Positions 1 through 19,611 of a stretch of 64,000 nucleotides of DNA are shown piece after piece (the stretch's first letter is position 1; each line of letters begins with the position of its first letter). Location of the stretch: the NCBI GenBank assembly GCA_020137815.1, contig CM035356.1, positions 5,394,001 to 5,458,000 of the forward strand. The letters are read 5' to 3'. Source of the DNA: Hormiphora californensis. Lineage: Eukaryota > Animalia > Ctenophora. The notes beneath the pieces were generated by a model that ran no database searches, was not told where the DNA came from, and saw only the letters and a program-made list of their open reading frames with translations. The translations under genes and the position numbers were made by a program.

Positions 1-79
1 GACTAAAGACACCTCTAACTGTTATATGCAATATTCATGTATTGATTACATGATCATTTCTGATTAGAAATAGATAACT

Positions 80-344
80 ACTAGACCAAAAAACAAAGGA
101 AATTTGTTTGGAACACCCGTGGCCTTTTTCGATACTTGACGGTGCGGGAAATGCACCCATAATCTGAGCTACACTACTAGGTATCGTTGTGTCATCTCTC
201 TCCAAGTTCTAACGTACGCACACTTTCTCTCACTCTTCCTCGCGTCTTGCTCAGGCTCTGACGAAGGGTGCATTTCCCGCAGCGTCAAGTATCGAAAAAG
301 GCCACGGGTGTTCCAAACAAATTTCCTTTGTTTTTTGGTCTAGT
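80..344. mobile_element. Palindromic MITE with ~78-bp inverted arms
   Basis: ctagaccaaaaaacaaaggaaa...aaatgcaccc (81-158) is the near-perfect reverse complement of 267-343. Confidence 0.8.
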
Positions 345-2027
345 TTCTCAGGGTTTTTGTAAACAGGTAACATAAATATGCAAATAACGGCTAAACGGTG
401 CGAGATACGACTTTTTGTCCGGGGTACGACTCCCCATAAATCGACTATTCTACGTCGAAATATGTCTATGAAAACATTCTAGGACCAGCTGAAGTGGAAA
501 TATTCAGAATATGCATTAAATCATGAATCAGTGCATAAATATGCATATAACGGCTAAACGGTGCGAGATACGACTTTTTGTCCGAGGGACGACCCCCCAT
601 AAATCGACTCTTCTACGTCGAAATATGTCCATGAAAACGTTCTAGGACCATTTGAAGTGGAAATATTCAGAATATGCATTAAATCATGAATCTGCTCATA
701 AATATGCAAATAACGGCTAAACGGTGCGAGATACGACTTTTTGTCCGGGGGACGACCCCCCATAAATCGACTCTTCTACGTCGAAATATGTCCATGAAAA
801 CATTCTAGGACCAGCTGAAGTGGAAATATTCAGAATATGCATTAAATCATAAATCGGTGCATAAATATGCAAATAACGGCTAAACGGTGCGAGATACGAC
901 TTTTTGTCCGGGGGACAACCCCCCTTAAATCGACTATTCTACGTCGAAATATGTCTATGAAAACATTCTAGGACCAGCTGAAGTGGAAATATTCAGAATA
1001 TGCATTAAATCATGAATCAGTGCATAAATATGCATATAACGGCTAAACGGTGCGAGATACGACTTTTTGTCCGGGGGACGACCCCCCATAAATCGACTCT
1101 TCTACGTCGAAATATGTCCATGAAAACGTTCTAGGACCATTTGAAGTGGAAATATTCAGAATATGCATTAAATCATGAATCTGCTCATAAATATGCAAAT
1201 AACGGCTAAACGGTGCGAGATACGACTTTTTGTCCGGGGGACGAACCCCCATAAATCGACTATTCTACGTCGAAATATGTCCATGAAAACATTCTAGGAC
1301 CAGCTGAAGTGGAAATATTCAGAATATGCATTAAATCATAAATCGGTGCATAAATATGCAAATAACGGCTAAACGGTGCAAGATACGACTTTTTGTCCGG
1401 GGGACAACCCCCCTTAAATCGACTATTCTGCGTCGAAATATGTCCTTTAAAATGTCCTTACAACAGCCAATACCGAGATAATCATAAAATTATACATAAA
1501 TTATGCAGTGACTTCTCATGCTCAAATCAAAATTTTATATAGCCTACGACATGTAGAATAGTCGATTTATGGGGGGTCGTTCCCCGGACAAAAAGCTCTA
1601 AATCCAGCCGTTTTTGCTCAGTTTGGTTTGTAAAAAGGTGGTGCGTATGTATGTATGTATGTATGTATATAGAGCAAGCGTTTGGGACCCCCCTCGTAAC
1701 TTTTGAACGGAACCATCGATCCACTTGAAATTTTAAACACCAATAGATATCATTGAGGTAGCTTTACATAAAAAATTTCAGCTTCGCAGCTTGTCGGGAA
1801 CATGGTTAAACAGACGCTTGAAAATGGCGAAAGTCGCATCCGTATGGTATACTGCACTGGCCCCCGAATCGGGCGAAATTAAATTTTCTGCGCCTGAGTT
1901 TATCCTTTCAGATTTGATCTTATAATGTTCTAGGATGACCTTAGAAGGGGTAGGATGGTTTTTTCAATGCTGGGGGCTGTGCCCCCAGACCCCCCTAGGG
2001 CCACGGGGCACTTGCCAGTGCAGTGAT
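345..2027 (+). mobile_element. Helentron-associated (HINE/DINE-1-like) non-autonomous element or composite carrying the 163-bp array
   Basis: Internal tandem array, inverted partial copy of the unit at ~1560-1595, (TATG)n at 1646-1668, and 3' hairpin gcact-tgcc-agtgc followed by agtgat, the same terminus as at 5912 and 12354. Confidence 0.5.
372..1445. repeat. 163-bp tandem repeat (~6.6 units) with 489-bp (3-mer) higher-order periodicity
   Basis: aaatatgca.ataacggctaaacggtgc recurs every 163 bp; variant units recur at 489 bp (near-identical ORFs 554-763 and 1043-1252). Confidence 0.92.
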
Positions 2028-2284
2028 AAAATAAACTTTTCAAAAAAATTGTGAAAAATTTCCTAAGTTATAATACCAGCCCGTCCGATTTGTGTTTCGA
2101 ATCGGTGCAGCTTCCTGGATGTCCTGTCTAATTAGCGGGTTCGAAACGAACTGATACGTGATACCATGCCAAATCGGGGCATCCTAAGCGGGTGAGGAAG
2201 TATCAAAATTTCAAAATAACTTTTTCTCTCAAAATTTATGGGGAGCACCGATCAAAGCATTGACAATCGTACTGTAAAATTTTG

Positions 2285-2600
2285 CAAAAAAAAGTTGTAA
2301 AATTTTTTAAAGGTATACCAGCCACGTCCGTGTTTCGAATCGGTGCATCTTATCGCATGATCTGCTGCTAATTAGACGGAACGAATCGAAACGTGATCCC
2401 CATCGAATCGAAATTTTGACGCTAGGTGAACTTATGATTCAATGGCCCCATGGGGATCACGTATCGGTTCGTTCCGAACCGTCTAATTAGCAGCAGGACA
2501 TGCGATAAGATTCACTGATTCGAAACACGATTCGGACGTGGCTGGTATTCCTTTGAAAAATTTTCAAAAAAATTTCACGAAAAAAAAATCAAAAAAATTT
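2285..2600. mobile_element. Degenerate foldback MITE
   Basis: ataccagccacgtccg...gatcccccat is mirrored by atggggatcacg...cggacgtggctggtat. Confidence 0.65.
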
Positions 2601-3013
2601 TTGGGGGAAAAAAATCCTGCCACTAAATCGGGGTGCCACTAAATCGGGGGCCACTAAATCGGGGTCCGACTGTAGTACTGTAACTAGTACTGGGGATATT
2701 ATACAGATTTGGTTCTGAAAATGTGACTGACATTCATACTTTACAACTCATCTCTCTTCTTATCTCTAACTATCTCTAACTATCTCTCTCCCCCCTCTTT
2801 GTAAAAATCTCCCAGTCTCGCAAAATAATATCTATAGTTATCAAATATGCACTACAGTCTCAATATTTCGTTTCTACGTAGTTCTAAATAGGGTTTAATA
2901 GTAATATGTACTTCCTCTCACTCATACTTTTCACTGAACGCGTTATTATTTAGAATCTTTATCATTTTAATTGGTTGTCAAGTTCAAATTATAACTAAGT
3001 TAATTAGAATGGT

Positions 3014-10136
<7,123 letters not shown>

Positions 10137-10303
10137 GTCAATTCGTCACCTGGACTATATACTCTGATGATTACAGGTGATGTGATGAGCCAGTCGAACA
10201 AGCAGCTCCCACTACTGCAGCAGCTGACTTAAAGCAGACAAGACAAAGCTAGTGAAGCAGCTGGGAGGGCTGTTATTAAATGCAGCACACATCACGAGCA
10301 GGA

Positions 10304-10501
<198 letters not shown>

Positions 10502-10620
10502 TGCACATCGAGTTGTAATGCAATAACAGAGCCTCTGCTGTTAAATCTGTATAGAGGGGATGTTACCATGGTTACCAGTATATTATTCGGAATAATAATA
10601 CCCCCCCCCCCCTCCTGTAG

Positions 10621-10797
10621 TACAGTCGGACCCCGATTTACCGGAACCCCGATTTACCGGAACCCCGATTTACCGGGAAGATAATCTTCCCCCGAAATAG
10701 GAAATTAACAGTATTTGACCCCGATATACCGGGCACCCGGATTTACCGGGCAAAACCCTTTCCCCCGAGCAACCCGGTAAATCGGGGTCCGACTGTA
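10621..10797. mobile_element. pogo/Tigger-like MITE
   Basis: TA-cagtcggaccccgatttaccgg ... ccggtaaatcggggtccgactg-TA. Confidence 0.85.
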
Positions 10798-11590
10798 ATA
10801 TAAAAAATACCCTGTTTAACAAACTCGACCGTCTAAGACACTGACAGTTTAATAAACTGACAGCTTAATTAAAGACAGTTAATAGATTTGAATGTTTCTA
10901 GGGAATATAAATTCACCTCCCCAGAGAAATTTATACTAGATTGGTTAGCGGCAGTTTATTGGCAGTTTTTGGACAGGAACCTGATTGGGATAGAAAGATC
11001 ATTGAGAGTTTTAGTTGAGAGGTGTAGTGCTTCACTGCATTGAATCAAACTCTCACCTTAGGTTGTAGTGCTTTCCCAGAATCACGCATTATTTGACCTT
11101 ATCCCATCAATTCTCCCCCCACGAAGTTGGGACATTCTTTGACGCAAAAGTGTCAAGTGATCCCGAAATCCCTTGAATTGTAGTAGTATGAACTTTGAGG
11201 CATTTAATTAAGTTATATTTCCTTTCACAGCTTCATTGGATAGCGCTAATTTGGTGTTGTCAGATTGTTTTTCCAACACGTTGCCATAGCTACACAGTCT
11301 GTCATTCGTTGCCATAGCTACACACTGTGTGGTAGTACACAGTCTACCATTCGCATTTTCGGACTAGCTCACACCGGGCATTCAACCCGGTGAGAGAGCC
11401 AACAGACTGGGAACATGTCAACCGAAATGTGGAGTCCCCTCCGTCATTTTTAATTCAAGCCAATGAGAGGCCTTGACAATGAAATACAGGCCTCTGATTG
11501 GCTCACGCACCGAAAAATGACAAAAAACTCCTGGGGTTTTCCACTTTCCAGACACCGTCAGACAGCTCTTTCTTTAGGTCCAAAGTAGCT

Positions 11591-14500
11591 ATGTTAAACT
11601 CGAGTGTGGGGAACCACACGCTTGACACACCTCACTACAAGGAACCAAAACATTTCACCATATTCGCCATGGTAAGTAGACCCCAGGAACCGACCGAATC
11701 AGGAAATACTGGTCCCTGATTGGCTGATAACCAGTCACGTGACCTAAATAACGAGTTCTGATTTGTTGTTTACATGTTTACCCTATACAGTGCCAAACCG
11801 GGTATAGTATACACGGTTTGGCAAGGCAGGAGTTATTTCGTCTCCAAATATATAGTTTCCCTCTTATTGAACTGGCGGTGAGAGTTGTCTTGTTATGTTC
11901 CAGGAACCGACCGAAATAAGTAAACAACCAATCAGAACTCGTTATTTAGGTCATGTGACTGGTTATCGGCCAATCAGGGACCAGTATTTCCTAATTCGGT
12001 CGGTTCCTGTTCTGTTCTAACCCTCCTCGAGCAAAGTAAATTCCTCTTCCTGTTCTGTTCAATATCAAAATCCCTGTTTTTCAGTTTGTGGTGTTGCTAA
12101 GCTACTACATTGTTGGTGTGGTCGGAAACAGTCTCATGATAATCGGATTCCTCTTTCGCAGGTTTAAAATTAGCATATATTTAGTAACAATTAGTACCAA
12201 ATTTCAGCCTCCTAGCTCCTCAGGTTCCGGAGTTAGGAGGGATCGGAAAGTGCCAAAATGGGCTAAAACTTTGAAATTGTTATATCTACGCTGTTGGTAA
12301 GCTGGCCCACATTTTTGGAAAAAGTTTCAAGGGGAGGAGATGGGGGCACCTTTGCGCTTTCCAGCGCAGTGATACTCATTCTAGTTGCTACAAAACCTGT
12401 CAGTTTCATTGTCAGATATCTCTATTTGAATATATCAGGTCACTTTGAATATCTTTACATATTCGAGTATCACAAAACTTCTATCGAAACATTTTAGACA
12501 TTCGAACTTTCTAAATTCAGAGAACTGTACGTTCTAAACTGTTTAGAGAGAAATAGTAGGTGTCCCCTGCCATGTATAACACTAGTGATAACTGAGGAAG
12601 TAGGGAAGTTGATTCTTAGTAATATCTCGGTCACATGACCACTCAGAAGTGATATTCGTTCAAGTTCCGTTGTGACGCTAAATTGTTCATTTATCATCTA
12701 GAGGACGCGATAAAACATCGGCTTTATCTTCGCGTCGTAGGATAGCTGTCATGATTGAATTATCACGTCCTCTAGATGATAAATGAACAATTTAGCGTCA
12801 CGACGGAACTTGAACGAATATCACTTTTGAGTGGTCATGTGACCGAGATCAACTTCCCTACTTCCTCGTATATCACTAGTGTTATACATAGCAGGGGACG
12901 GCAGGTCGGTAGAACTTCGACAGAATTTAGGGTAGGTCAATTTAGGGTAGGTCTGAATTTAGGGTAGGTCTGAATTTAGGGTAGGTCTGAATTTAGGGTA
13001 GGTCTGAATTTAGGGTAGGTCAATTTAGGGTAGGTCTGAATTTAGGGTAGGTCTGTTATGTATCGTTTATCAAAGCATTGCAATTCGACATTAGGTTCTG
13101 ATTAGGTCGCTGAACCGCGTCCCGTATCTCGTATCTCTTCGATCTTAGTCACCGATTAGGTCGCTGAACCACGTCCCGTATCTCGTGTCAACTCATTGAA
13201 ATTCGAGGTTAGACTCAAATTAGGTCGCTGAACCACGTCCCGTATCTCGTATCAACTCATTGAAATTCGAGTCACCGACACTAAGTAGAGTAGCGACTGG
13301 CTATTTGAAATGGCGGCTAATTTGAAACACCCCCTCTACAGGCCAGCAGGTGCACCAGATTTGGATTTTTTCTGGTGCAACTGCTGGCCTGTAGAGGGGG
13401 TGTTTCAAATTATAATTAGCCGCCATTTCAAATAGCCAGTCGCTACCCTACTACTTAAAGTAGGTGAACTGAGTTAGGTCGGTAGACTGTGTTCCGTATT
13501 GCATCAAATGAAATTAGGACTGTTTGACTGTTCACTTATTAGTTTATACACGTATACTTTAAGAGTTCCATCCTGAGTTGAAACCTGTTTAAGAAGAAAA
13601 AAACAATTCGTTTGCCATCTCATTTGTGTCTAACCTCGAATTCCAATGAGTTGATACGAGATACGGGACGCGGTTCAGCGACCTAATCGGTGACTAAGAT
13701 CGAATTGCAATGAGTTGATACGAGATACGAGACGTGGTTCAGGGACCTAATTTGTGTCTAACCTCGAATTTCAGTGAGTTGATATGAGATACGGGACGTG
13801 GTTCAGCGACCTTATCGGTGACTAAGATCGAATTGAAATGAGTTGATACGAGATACGGGACGCGGTTCAGGGACCTAATTTGTGTCTAACCTCGAATTTC
13901 AATGAGTTGATACGAGATACGGGACGTGATTCAGCGACCTAATCGGTGACTAAGATCGAATTGAAATGAGTTGATACGAGATACGTGACGCGGTTCAGCG
14001 ACCTAATCAGAACCTAATGTCGAATTGCAATGCTTTGATAAACGATACGTTACGGACCTACCCTAAATTCAGACCTACCCTAAATTCAGACCTACCCTAA
14101 ATTCACCTACCCTAAATTCAGACCTACCCTAAATTCAACTACCCTAAATCCAGGCCTACCCTAAATTGACCTACCCTAAATTCTGTCGAAGTTCTACCGA
14201 CCTGCCCAGGGGACAATTATTAATTCATATAGTAACTGTACTGTATATTTTTTGAGTAAAGGCCAAGTACTATTATATGTGACACGTGTTTAGCGCTGTA
14301 AGTAAACGATTTCTGATATCCCGACTAGGTTAATAAGATCAGTATCAACGTTCCTAATCTACAATTTAGCAATCGTGGACCTGATTGTCTGTCTGTGTAC
14401 TATGACTGCCTCATTCATCATGATATTCAAGGTAACGGGTTGGGGGCCCGGGGGTGAATCACATGATATATATTAAAGGGTTGGGGGTGAATCACATGAT

Positions 14501-17500
14501 ATATATTAAAGGTACAAAGCCAGGGGTGTTAGTTATAATACCCCATGATAATATATCCATTATTCATTGGATGTATGGGGGGATGGGGTATTACAGATTG
14601 TTGAGTCAATTTGTGTCAACTCAACAAATCTAGATAACTTGGCATGTAAATTGTTACTAGCTGCTCTTATCATGTCACTAACCTCTACAATAACAGTTCA
14701 GCAGGGGGGAGGGGGGTTGTCAGGCCACAGCCCTATATTCCCTAAAATCCCAGTTCCGTGTTTCAGGACCAAATGTGGAAGCCCTCCCCTGTGATTTGCA
14801 CTATCATTGGTTCGTGTGATAATCTCGCCCTTGCTGTATCCCTCTGGTTCCTTACATTCTGTGCCTTCGATCGGTTCATTCTCATTACCAAACCCTATCA
14901 GTAAGTGCTGGGGGAGTTGGTAATCAATATATAGATCCTGCACGTCATGTATAGATTTAGCCACTATTCAAATTATGAAATGTTAAATCACTAAGCTGTC
15001 TAGACAGACGGGTTCACCTCAACAGACATGGTTGGTTGGTCGGCTTGAACCCGATCTTAGCGCACTGTCGAATCAAATTGGGGTCTGGCCGAGCCAGACA
15101 GATCTAAACGGGGTCTGACCATGCTGCAGACAATTATAAGTAAGTGGAGAATAAATTGAATATCAATCTTATATTGTGGGATGGCATAAATTCAGCTACG
15201 CTCGGGTCGTTTTAAATCACTGCGCTGGCAAGCGCAAAGGTTGCCATCCCCCCCCCCAACAAAAGCGCCGCCAGAAACGCAGTTATACGTTTTATGGGGT
15301 TCACGCGCGTAGGAGAGACGCTTCTTGTAAACCATATTCACGCCAAACGAAAAAAGATAGAAACTTCTCATTTTCACAGCTGGTAGATCTACTGGATGTG
15401 TGTGCATTAGTCGATGTGGGGTCTCTATTCATCGCCAGGAACGTCCTACAGAACGTCTTAAAGTCGTCATTTTTCAGACTCCGACCAAAATTCTTTGAGC
15501 TCAATTTACACCCTGAAGACGGATTCTAATCGAAAAACGAAGACTATATCATGGAAAGAGAATTGTCTAAACTTTCAGAAACTATATCGCGAATTTCCAA
15601 AACTACATGTATAAGGGTCTTAAAACGCGTCTGAAGTGTTATGACTGTTTAAAAATAGATATGACGATATGGGTTTTTTCGCCATAGCGGACTCAAATCT
15701 TATCCAATCGATCTCAAACTTGGTCAGTATCTTCATCTAGGCAATCCCGATGATATTACGTCATAATTATGACGTGATAACGTCGTGACGTCAAAATGAC
15801 GTCAAAAATGAAATTTTCTCAATTTCGCGATTCCATCCTCTCCGTACCTGTTCTACTACATCTAAATGGATAAAAAATCCCAAAAATGATGCAAATTATA
15901 CCAAAACTAATTAAAATTAGTAGGCCGGAAAGGTTGCCCTATGATTTGAGCTACCTTTGGTACCGGTACATTCCCTTTTGAAGATAGACGATGCATCTGT
16001 ACCCTGTCTGTACCCCGTGAAATCGTGGATGTTACGGTGGCAAAGGTAGCTCAAATCATAGGGCAACCTTTCCGGCCTACTAATTTTAATTAGTTTTGGT
16101 ATAATTGAACTAATACAAAATTCATGGTTGCCAAGACTTTGAGTGGGGAATCGATTAGATTTGAAGAAAAAAGGAAAGATAGGGACAGGGAGAGAGAAGA
16201 AGTGTGCGTAAGAGAGAGAAAAAGAAAAAAGGGTTGAGGATCATAGTGACCGAGAAAGTGGAGCTGTAGTGTTTGATGGCTGTCGTAGGTGACAGTTAAT
16301 TTTAACCTCTTTAACCTCTCTTGTCAACAAGTCTGTCAAATATTGGACTTCTTGTATTACAAGAACCAATATTTGACAGAATTGTTGACAAGAGAGACTC
16401 TCGCTGTGAGGCTATTGCTCCCCCCTCGCTAGGCTGTGAGCCTCTCTCAGACTGACTTAAAGCTTTCATGACAAAGCCTTGCAACTATGCGTGGGTAACG
16501 ACGTTACCCACGTTACGGTAACGTGGGTAACACACTAGGGGTAACACACTAGGGGTAACACACTAAGGGTAACATACTAGGGGTAACACACTAGGGGTAA
16601 CACACACTAGGGGTAACACACTAGGGGTAACACACTAGGGGTAACACACTAGGGGTAACACACACTAGGGGTAACACACTGCACTAGGGGTAACACACAC
16701 TAGGGGTAACACTGCACTAGGCCGGGGTATATCCTTGATTATCCAGCTGGTATTATAGCCCAGATAATAGGTACATACTTTCAGGAAGATATTCCAGGCT
16801 ATACGGGCTGGAATACTCTAATAATTGAAAGTCTAGATAACTTGTATAAATTAGAAACTACCTGTCAGGTACAAATCTCTCATGTCCCTGCGACGAGTGA
16901 AGATAGGGAGTTTTCTCGTTTGGATCTTCTGCTTCACCCTAATTTCTCCGCCAATTTTCGGATGGAACAGCTACTCATACAGCTCCAAAATCTACACGTG
17001 TGGACTGGATGGCTTCTCTACAGAGATGGACAAGTGAGTATGTTACCATGGTAACCATGGGACAAGTGAGTCAGTTACCATGGTAACCGTGGGACAAGTG
17101 AGTGTGTTACCATGGTAACCATGGGACAAGTGAGTGTGTTACCATGGTAACCATGGGACAAGTGAGTGTGTTACCATGGTAACCATGGGACAAGTGAGTG
17201 TGTTACCATAGCAACCATGGGACAAGTGAGTCTGTTACCATGGTAACCATGGGAAAAGTGTGTGTGTTACCATGGTAACCATGGGACAAGTGAGTCTGTT
17301 ACCATGGTAACCATGGGACAAGTGAGTCTGTTAACATGGCAACCATGGGAGTATGGGACAAGTGAGTCTGTTACCATGCTTTTGGGGGAATTGAGGGGAA
17401 TTGAGAGGGATTGGAGCACGGACCGGCACATGTGGTAACCCTTACATTCCCTCAGAGCGTACGTCCTGCTGTATGTTTTGGTTACCTTCCCCCTGCCCAT

Positions 17501-18968
17501 GATGCTCATTGTTATCTTCTATACCGGAATAGCGGTGAACGTATACCGCCATTTTAAGCGGCGTAACCGCTTCTCTCGGGCTCTAAACAACCCAGACGCA
17601 AAACAGTGCGCCAACGGACGGAACAACAGTAACGGGAAACACAAATTCAACTCAGGACAACGGAAAGGTAATTTACCACTGAATTATAGTGAAAAATATC
17701 CAATATATTCTTCAAAGGTATCTTTGTGGAAGCTAATTTAAACTTTAAAGATCCACTTCAAGAGCGCATGACGTGTATTGATGACGTCACTACATTTCAG
17801 AGCAACTAAAAGTGACGATATCCATACTAATTGTCATCCTGACCCTCATTCTCACTACATTTCCCATCGTGTTTGTACACACTCTGGTGAGCTTCTTCAA
17901 CCCCAACCACCAACAGGTCGTATCAATCGGGTGAGTACAATATATATCTGTCGTATTTTTCATATCATTCTAGTTTTTCGGGACCTAGATTTACACCCGT
18001 GCATGGAGTCTCTTGTATTTAATCGATGTTTCTGATTTGACCTGTCTGACGCTGCCAGACCCCATTTCAAAAGTGCGCTCAGATCGGCGCCACTGTGTTT
18101 ACTGTGTTGCACACAATTGTGCTCTTCCAGGTTCGTGGTGGCGGCTCATTGGATCAACATGGGCCGCAGTGCAGCCAACCCTGTCATATTTGGACTTGCC
18201 AATCAACCCATTCGGAATGCTTACAGGTAGGGCCGGGGGTCGTTGGGCACGGAGGAAATGAGCGGCTAGCTGCGAACAAGTAGGGTCGGGGTATAGTAGT
18301 ACATAATACATATTATACTATGTAGCTACAGAATGAGAAATGGGATGGACTTGGAGGGCAATTGGAGGTGGGGGTTGGTAATATGGGTACAGAAAGGGGG
18401 ATGGAGGGACAGGATAACTGGTTGAGGGATAGGATAACTGGTTAACTGGTTAATAACTGGGGTATGCTTACAGTTACTCTGGCTAAACAAGTTGAGAATT
18501 GTTCACTAAGGGGTGGACAATTTAATTGGGGGCATCCCACGAAGATCTTAATTTTGTTATCTGAGTTTATTAAATCTGATAAAATTAATAGTGATAGGGA
18601 GGGGGGAGTTTAATTGTCAATGTCAATAAGGTACAATACCATAAAACTTACAAAGCTTTATGACAGCATGCTATAAGCTGCGTGTATCTCTCTCTGCCAT
18701 ATCTCACTCCATATCTCTCTTAAACTAGAATTCTCTCGACACTTACTGTCAAAAAGCACTCAAGATATTTTTGCACTCAATTTCTTTCAGAGCGATATAA
18801 TCTCTTTGAGGCCCTACCAAAGTTAACAAGTATCTATCCAATACAAGAAGACGTTATTGTCAACCGCTCCCCCTACCAAAAGTTGACATGTTCTCAGTCT
18901 GTTGGCACTCACACCGGGACAGACTGCGTAGCATGGCAAGCTAATAGTTGGCTACAGACCCCGCTTTA
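11591..18968 (+). CDS. Class A (rhodopsin-like) GPCR, multi-exon; opsin-like ECL2 but Met at the K296-equivalent position
   Basis: Exons 11591-11671, 12085-12161 (TM1 VGVVGNSL), 14329-14431 (TM2 NLAIVD), 14597-~14695 (ACKL, TM3), 16869-17033 (W..PPIFGWNSY..TC), 17456-17667 (TM5 FPLP..FY), 17801-17930 (TM6), 18131-18226 (TM7 NMGRSAANPVIF). The DRY-region exon (perhaps CLMAVVGD at ~16270) and the last exon (~18791-18968, needs frame correction) are tentative. Confidence 0.82.
12558..14222. mobile_element. Palindromic MITE whose right arm is interrupted by a foldback element
   Basis: gtcccctgccatgtataacactagtgata... mirrored by ...tatcactagtgttatacatagcaggggac; resumes after 14214. Confidence 0.75.
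12900..14206. mobile_element. Foldback element with GG..CC ends and 8-bp TSD (Merlin-like); TIRs contain 17-bp TTAGGG-bearing repeats
   Basis: TSD caggggac at 12892-12899 and 14207-14214; TIR ggcaggtcggtagaacttcgacagaatttagggtagg; nested small MITE at 13287-13450. Confidence 0.85.
15215..16105 (-). mobile_element. Helentron-like element, copy 2 (inverted, lacks ~190 bp present in copy 1)
   Basis: Colinear reverse complement of 4838-5932, including the terminal palindrome at 15897-16105. Confidence 0.78.
16513..16722. repeat. 14-bp minisatellite (ggggtaacacacta)n
   Basis: About 13 directly visible copies. Confidence 0.9.
17028..17378 (+). repeat. 32-bp minisatellite containing the 5' splice site (ggacaa|GTGAGT)
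   Basis: ~11 copies; the first is the authentic donor of GPCR exon 16869-17033. Confidence 0.9.
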
Positions 18969-19409
18969 AATGCTCACATCAAGAGGTCTAGGTTTAAACG
19001 TCACTTTACTCGTATTACGAGTCGTAAGTCGTAGTATTACTATTTTCCAGACTAGGAGGCTTTTAGCCAGTCATGTTACGGTATAGAGAGGGAAGGGAAG
19101 AATTAAGAGGTTCCAGACTCTATAAAGATTAAAGAGGGAAGAATTAAGAGGTTCCAGACTCTATAAAGATTAAAGAGGGAAGAATTAAGAGGTTCCAGAC
19201 TCTATAAAGGGGGGGGGGCTAAAAGGTTGGTAGCGAAGTTACCTTACAAGCACGCTAACTAAGAAGGTCGGAACGCTGGGTAATTTCGTTACCAATAACC
19301 AAGCTAAATGAGGGGGGGGGGGAGAAGCTCTTAGAAGGGAAATTATGAAAAGGTATGACTCAAACCATGATAGAGGAGAAATGGCAACTTTTTTTCGTAA
19401 TTTCGGTAA

Positions 19410-19610
19410 TGGGATCTCTGATGGATCCACTCTTCTGGGGGGGGGGGGGGGGGGGTATAGGATCTCTGATGATGGATCCACTCTTCTTGGGGGGGGGGGG
19501 GGGGGTATAGGATCTCTGATGATGGATCCACTCTTCTTGGGGGGGGGGGGGGGGGATAGGATCTCTGATGATGGATCCACTCTTCTTGGGAGGGGGGGGG
19601 TATAGGATCT
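19410..19610. repeat. Poly-G-linked minisatellite (atctctgatgatggatccactcttct+Gn); the other half is at 22848-23055
   Basis: The same unit lies on both sides of the LINE. Confidence 0.88.
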
Positions 19611-19611
19611 T

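Noticed and set aside
15510-15545. ctgaaga...gaaa hammerhead-like boxes (also ctgacga...gaaa at 258-300)
   Set aside because: Stem II is out of register and there is no stem I or III
18131-18226. Calling the GPCR an opsin
   Set aside because: No Lys at the K296-equivalent position
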